From: Azolla caroliniana
Taxonomy: Eukaryota > Plantae > Polypodiophyta
Direction of reading: 5' to 3'
Assembly (NCBI GenBank): GCA_043228905.1
Contig: JBHGNT010000002.1
Coordinates: 1,116,001-1,180,000, forward strand
Length of the DNA stretch: 64,000 nt
Within the stretch, counting starts at the first letter, position 1; the number at the start of each line of letters is the position of its first letter. The translations under genes and the position numbers were made by a program. Shown here one piece after another: positions 58,501 to 64,000 of the stretch. A model generated the notes under the pieces. The model was not told where the DNA came from. It was given only the letters and a program-made list of their open reading frames with translations, and did no database searches.

Positions 58501-61169
58501 CTTTCAGCTTATGAAGCATATCTTACAACACCAGATATTATAGAATTTCCAACTGGCAGGCCAAACCAGACCGCATTTGCAAACTTCTATCCTCCATATA
58601 ACAGCGATTACTCTGCACCTGCGGGAGATAAACCGCCACTACTTGTTCGGTCCCATGGTAGTTATTTTATTATTTCTTTGCATTGTTGAAAAACAATTGT
58701 TGATGCATATTGGAAGAATTGTGGCTGATCATCTGTAAAATATATGTTCAGTGGTCTAATTAGACAATTGATTGTCCTTATTCAAGAGAATAGGAGCTAT
58801 AAAGGATATTCCTAAAAACATAATGTCAATTGTAACTTCAAGAAATTGGAAGCGCATTCTGTTGATGATTGATTATCATTTTGTTCACCTTCTAGGGGGT
58901 CCAACTGCTGAAGCACGAACAAGCTTAAACCTTGGTATTCAGTACTGGACAAGTAGGGGTTGGGCTGTGGCAGATGTAAACTATGGAGGCAGTACAGGTA
59001 TTTTAATGTAAACTTTGAGGCTCTTGTTGTGGTTGTCAGATTAGTTGCTTCTAACTGTCATTAATTGGAGGTGCTAGAAAATACTTTAGTTACATTATGC
59101 ATGGATCTCATATTGCGTATCTATAAAATGAGTATTATGGGATGAACATGAGTCTTTGTTTCAATATGTAATATAGAAAAATTCTCTTCCACGAAAAAGT
59201 ACAATTAGTCTTAAAGCAGAATATAATATAAACCGGCTTCAAATAAGAGCTAACTGCTGCCATGTTCAATGTTTGTTTGTGTGTGTGTTTTTAAAGGATA
59301 TGGAAGAGAGTATAGAGAGAGGCTTTATGGGGCATGGGGCATTATTGATGTCGAAGATTGCTGTAGCTGTGCAAAGTTTCTGGTGAGATATACAAAATAA
59401 CTGTATGGCATATACTTATATTTCTGTTTAAGTTATGCTTGTGGATGAACCACGTGAACATCAATGATATTGAAAACCTTCATATACTGCAGGTAGATAC
59501 TGGAAGGGTTAATGGTGAGCATCTATGCATTGATGGAGGCTCAGCAGGAGGGTACACTACTCTTGCAGCACTTGTGTTCAAGGATATTTTCAAAGCGGGT
59601 GCTTCCTTCTATGGGGTAATGTTGCAATCAACTATTTATTGGATACATATATGTCTTTCTATGATTGATGCCTAAACATGCTGAATATCTCTATAATCTC
59701 TGCAAGCTTGTTATAACTGTGATATCTGAGTGTATATACTATATCCCGGCCCAGAAAACATATAGTTTTTGTAATGTCAACACTTGAGATGCTACATATC
59801 GACAAGGATGCATCGATCTATCTTTCCAAAAGGTGCCACCCACATTCAACAGCGTCAGTCATTTAATAATTACTATGCAAGGGATCCATGATCATGTAAT
59901 AAATGCAATGCCAGATAAAACAAGAGCTCTGTGATGATGTAATAGAGACAGTGTGATATAAAACAAGACCTATGCGAGCTTTTGATGAGAAAGTGGATGG
60001 GTATTACATCCCGAATATATGTATGTTGTGTAGTAGATTTCTACTATCAGTTCTCTACCCCCCACCCAAAAAACAAAGTCGTATAAAGCTAAAGGAGCTG
60101 TGGAGATATCTAGCTACAGGAATCCAGTTTTATCCAGACCGTGTATCAAAATTTCTGGAATTAGCTTGAAACGTTTATTTCTATTAAGTATTAATGTCTA
60201 TCCTTCAATATTCATAAGGCCGTTTTTGCAAATTTTTCTCTTTTGTTTCTATGGTTATTTTTCATTAATTTCCATTTAATATACCATGTGGCAGATTGGT
60301 GATTTGTTTGTTCTTGTTGGTGATACCCACAAATTCGAATCGCATTATGTGGAATCCTTAGTTGGTATGCATGCTAATCCATACATAAAATAAATAACAA
60401 ATGATATTCGAAAATTAAATCCATAACAATGGGTGACTTATTTTTATTCTTATGCCTAGGTCTGGATCACAAAATTATCTTTGAACGATCGCCACTCAAT
60501 TTCCTGGAGAAACTCTCATGCCCCATAATACTTTTCCAAGGGCTTGAAGACAAGGTAAGAATAAGTGTTTGCCTTTCTATTTTAGGGTTGTTGAGGCTAT
60601 CTTTGAGAAAGATCCAGGTAAAGATAAGATGAAAATGATCTTCTATTTTAAAGTTGAGGTCTTGACATCATGTATAAGAAGTAGAGTGAGACAAGGTAAG
60701 ATATAAGAATTTGAGTTTCTATGTTAAATTTCAAGGTTTTGTTATGCATAAGACGAAGAGTTAAGGCAAGGTGAGAGATAAGAATTTGTCTTTCTATGTA
60801 AAAATGATTAAGGCTCTCTTTGCTTATGAAAGATTTTTTTTGTGCTTTTTTTAGGTTGTCCCAGCGACACAAGCTCGGCGTATATATGAAGATGTTAAAG
60901 CAAAGAAGATTCCAGTTGCCCTCATCGAGTACGAGGGTGAACAGCATGGTTTCCGAAAAGTAATGAGTTATTATTTTTGAACATTACATTTATTCATTAT
61001 TTATGCATAATGATTAAGTCGTTGGTAATGTTTTAAAAGTTATGTTTCCTACATGTAGGCTGAAAACATTAAGTATACGCTTGAGCAAGAGATCACTTTC
61101 TTTTCACGTGTCTTGGGAGCATTCGATGTGGCAGATGCTATCGAGCCGGTGTATGTAGATAACCTTTAG
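49506..61169 (+). CDS. S9 family (prolyl oligopeptidase/acylaminoacyl/dipeptidyl aminopeptidase-like) serine peptidase, about 18 exons
   Basis: Motifs [82 protein letters not shown]. Catalytic GGSAGG at ~59535, Asp in QGLEDKVVP and His in EGEQHGFRK. Stop TAG at 61167-61169. Alternative ATG at 49620. Confidence 0.93.
51980..52680 (+). mobile_element. Heavily decayed LINE RT remnant in a peptidase intron
   Basis: Sequence parallels the 47.4-48.3 kb element: TTGTGGATTTTCATAAA (VDFHK) at ~52452, and ACTATTGGAGCAAACCAGGTTTGCTCACAATCATCCACCCTCTTTG ([15 protein letters not shown], cf. TIGVKQGCPLSPTLFG) at ~52598. Confidence 0.6.
55347..55548. repeat. ~103-bp near-perfect tandem duplication (intronic)
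   Basis: CCTCCTAGTTATGGATG.CCCACCCTTTTCCAAACAGAAGATTG...CACAGGAAGGTAAAAA occurs twice. Confidence 0.92.
55923..55996 (+). pseudogene. trnP-UGG: Plastid-type tRNA-Pro(UGG) pseudogene (organelle-derived insertion)
   Basis: AGGGATGTTGCACAGCTTGGTAGCGCATTTGTTTTGGGTACCAGATGCTGCAGGCTCAAATCTTGTCATCCCTA: 74 nt with a perfect AGGGATG/CATCCCT acceptor stem and TGG anticodon, closely matching recalled plastid trnP-UGG. The D and anticodon stems are mismatched and the T-loop reads CTC rather than TTC. Confidence 0.85.
56454..56526 (+). pseudogene. trnN-GUU: Organelle-type tRNA-Asn(GUU) pseudogene, copy 1
   Basis: AGTGGTAGAGCAGTGAGCTGTTAAAGGATTGATTGTAGGTTGGAGTCCTA resembles plastid trnN-GUU (CTGTTAA anticodon loop). 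The stems are degenerate. Confidence 0.7.
56568..56618 (+). pseudogene. trnN-GUU: tRNA-Asn-derived copy 2, lacking the anticodon arm
   Basis: TCCTTGGTAGCTCAGCGGTAGAGCAGTC/ATTGATCGTAGGTTGGATTCCTA, sharing the downstream AGATGTCATAG(G/A)TCACATGGT with copy 1. Confidence 0.65.
57800..58012. repeat. Intronic tandem duplication (~110 bp offset)
   Basis: CATCAG.AATATGAAC.TTCATCAAGTGCAGATTTCACATTGATCATGC and AAAAATTGAATGAAGCTCAT each occur twice. Confidence 0.85.
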
Positions 61170-62519
61170 AGGTGTAGAAACTTAGATATGTTTCTCTTAC
61201 ACGTATACTTATCATTCGGATAAATTATGCAATGCCCTTGGTACAGAAAATATAATTCCCATCTGAACTTCACCCTACTCTAATGTCTATTTTGATTCAT
61301 TATAGTAATGTCATCTCAAGTGTAATGCTTGTATATACATATATATATATATGCCATATATGTATAAATGTATATATGGCATATATATACATATATGGCA
61401 TATATATATATATATGTATATATATACATACATATATATATATATACATACATACATATATATGTATATATGTATATTGCATATTTTTGATGATGCATAC
61501 TCAAGAGATAACAACAACGGGTGTGTGGTACAATGAATGCAAATCTTACCACCTTTGGTTAAATGTTATGATTTTCCCTGTGAAATGTGGTTCAATATAT
61601 ATTCTTCATAATAAGCACCACCTTCATGTCCTCCATTAAAAAATTGACGTGGGATATGTAGATAGTGTGGCTTGATATGTATATGGATGTGCATAAACAT
61701 CTTTTTGACGATTTCATGGGCAATAAATTTCATGGGCTTTCTCAGCCACATCCATGACATTTTGTGTTGCCTCCATTCGATTGCATGAAGACAATCTTTT
61801 ACTTGCATTTAGTAGAGTAGTAATATGTTTGTGTGGTAGAACAGTTATAGCTCTCCCATTTCATTGCTTCTTGCTTGAGATTGAGATCCATACGGAGGCT
61901 TTTGTACATACCACAATCAAATGAAAGACAACAATATTCCATTGATAAGGGTTCACATTTCCACCTACAATCACGTGTGCGGGTCAAATTACAAAATGTA
62001 CCAATTGAGTAGAAGTAGAGCATGGAGATTCCATGAACCTTACAAGATAGGGTTCCAAGTTTGTTGGAAACGAAAATGCCAATGTTAACCATGAGAGGAT
62101 GATCGTTCAAGCCTTGCCATGAACTTGGCCTTGTCTTGTTCACAACGAATCTCGAGCTATTGCGAAGTAGGCGTCAAGTAAGGGTATGCAGCAATTTTAC
62201 AACTCTTAATCTTCTAGACATCCCAAAATGTGTTCATGTTTTAGATGACTCTTTAAACAAAACAACCTGAAATAAATAAATAAAACAAAACAAAACGAAC
62301 ATAAATAAAAATAATAAAAAACTAAAAGAAAAAACTTTTTAAAAAAACTAAAAATAAATAAATAAATAAAAGAAAAGAAAAAAACAAAGATAAATATGTA
62401 ACTATAAAACTAAAATAAATAAATAAATAAAAACTAAAACTAAAAAAATAAAAAATAAAAATTGAAACAACAGAAAAAATGGAAAAAACGAAAATAAATT
62501 TTTTTGAGAGATAGAGGTG

Positions 62520-62760
62520 TATTTCTTCCTCCTTTTCTTCTTCTTCTGCAGAGAGGCAGAGCTTGAAGCTTCAGAATTCAACAATTTTAGGGTTTACATA
62601 TAGACAAGTAGACAGAGTGTGTGAGAGACAAAGAGAAGCTTCAGAAGTCGACGTTTTTTACTGCTTCTTGAGAGAGAGATGCAGAATCTGCAGATCAGGT
62701 CTCTCTCATTCGATCTTCTTTCCTTCCAGGCTCGCTCTCCATTTCAGGTGCTTGGTCTTT
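62520..62760 (+). promoter_or_regulatory. Possible 5' leader and first intron of a downstream gene
   Basis: An A-rich tract is followed by a CT/GA-rich leader, a telo-box TAGGGTTT (~62588), donor-like CAG|GT sites (62698, 62747) and then T-rich intron-like sequence. No CDS is seen in the window. Confidence 0.3.
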
Positions 62761-64000
62761 ATCTTTATTTTATTTTGAAAATTTTAATTCCAAATTTTTT
62801 TTACAAAAATTTATTTCTTCTTCTTCTCTTAAGGTCTCCTTCAAGATGCAAATATTTCCTTTCCTTTTTTTCTATAATTTTTGTTTTATCGTTCTAGTAT
62901 TTTGTTTTTTATCCTTCTTCTACTTCTCTCATGTTCTGTTTCTTCAGGATATAAAGTTTTGCTGTTTCTTTAATATTAGTTAAAATTTGTGATATTTGCT
63001 ATTTAGTTCTGACATTTTTATTGTGCGTATATCTAGAGATATAAAGGGTTCCTGTTTTTTCAGTTCTTTTAGTTTTGGTTTTGTTTGTGTTAAAATCAAT
63101 ATGGGAGGCTATAAAGAATAATATTCACACAGGATTTGGGAAATTTAGTCTTCTCCAACCAAGAGTCACACCAAAATGAAAATATTGCTAGTCACAAGAT
63201 TTAATTACTAATTTCTCTATCATTAGAGAGCCGGCATTGCTGTGATTGGTTAGATCAAAATCTTAAGTTGTCACTTTTGCATCTAATTGGAAAGTTGGTT
63301 ATTTCCTAGTTGAGAGAATTGGAACCCTAATTGGCTAATTTTGCTCATAACTAGAATCAGAACTGTGTGCTTAAAATAACTTTTTGTGTGACTAGGGCGT
63401 CAAGTTTGGCAACCATATATAGGTAATGTTAAAAATAAGCAATGTTATATTTTGAAATTCTAATATGTATAAGCATATTTGGGAAAATTTCCCTTGTTTT
63501 TTCATGAGAACTTTTGCAAATAGAAAACTTACTACGAAAAAAAAGAAAAATTCTTGGCTTGATAGAGGCTGTGAAACTTTTCTAATTTTGTTTCTTCCTT
63601 TGTTAGGCCTTTTCACATGGTTATATCTGTTCTAAGAATGATGTTTCCTTAAGTGGAGATGTTCACATTTTCATTCGTGACCAGGGCTCATCCACTGCCA
63701 TTCAAAATCAGTTTCCAAAATCATGGAGAGGTATGTTGATTAAGAGCATTAACATTATGGAAGAGTCCGTTGATTTATTATTACTAATAAGATTGGTTAA
63801 ACACTTTATCTGCTAAAGTTTGATTCTTCGGATTGATATGGTTCCCATATAATAATAATTGGAAAAAGAGATATTAAGAACTTTAACATTAAGGAATAAC
63901 CCATTGATTTATTATTAGTACTTGGATTGGTAGATCAATTTTGGACACTTTATGGTAGTTGTTTCAGTTCTTGGTGAATCTCTAGAAGCGTGAGTTGAAT

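Noticed and set aside
61283-61639. Y/I-rich ORFs after the peptidase
   Set aside because: Translations of (AT)n-type low-complexity sequence.

Overview
Eukaryotic nuclear DNA from a land plant: AT-rich, with GT-AG introns, telo-boxes and microsatellites. The protein divergence and repeat style suggest a non-seed plant such as a fern, but that is inference only. Six protein-coding genes can be modelled by hand: TIMELESS (+, 1556-8200, 16 exons, ~1157 aa); a giant coiled-coil protein mostly in one 4.9-kb exon (+, from 11471); a 2-exon TMEM220-family gene (+, 18051-19268); a LONESOME HIGHWAY-like bHLH factor (-, 26834-21841, ~879 aa); a 6-exon uncharacterised plant protein missed by the ORF track (-, 44009-40499, ~273 aa); and an S9-family serine peptidase (+, 49506-61169). 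The rest is decayed LINE/hAT/MULE-like sequence, tandem repeats and a 100-N gap. The main points of interest are (1) a 33-aa conserved-peptide uORF in the LHW leader, (2) recurrent short tandem duplications across splice sites and start codons in three genes, predicted to create a micro-exon, a poison 3' splice site and in-frame uORFs, (3) plastid-type trnP/trnN pseudogenes in an intron, and (4) a repeat-built W-box array just upstream of the peptidase. All family assignments are from recalled motifs; no database search was run.
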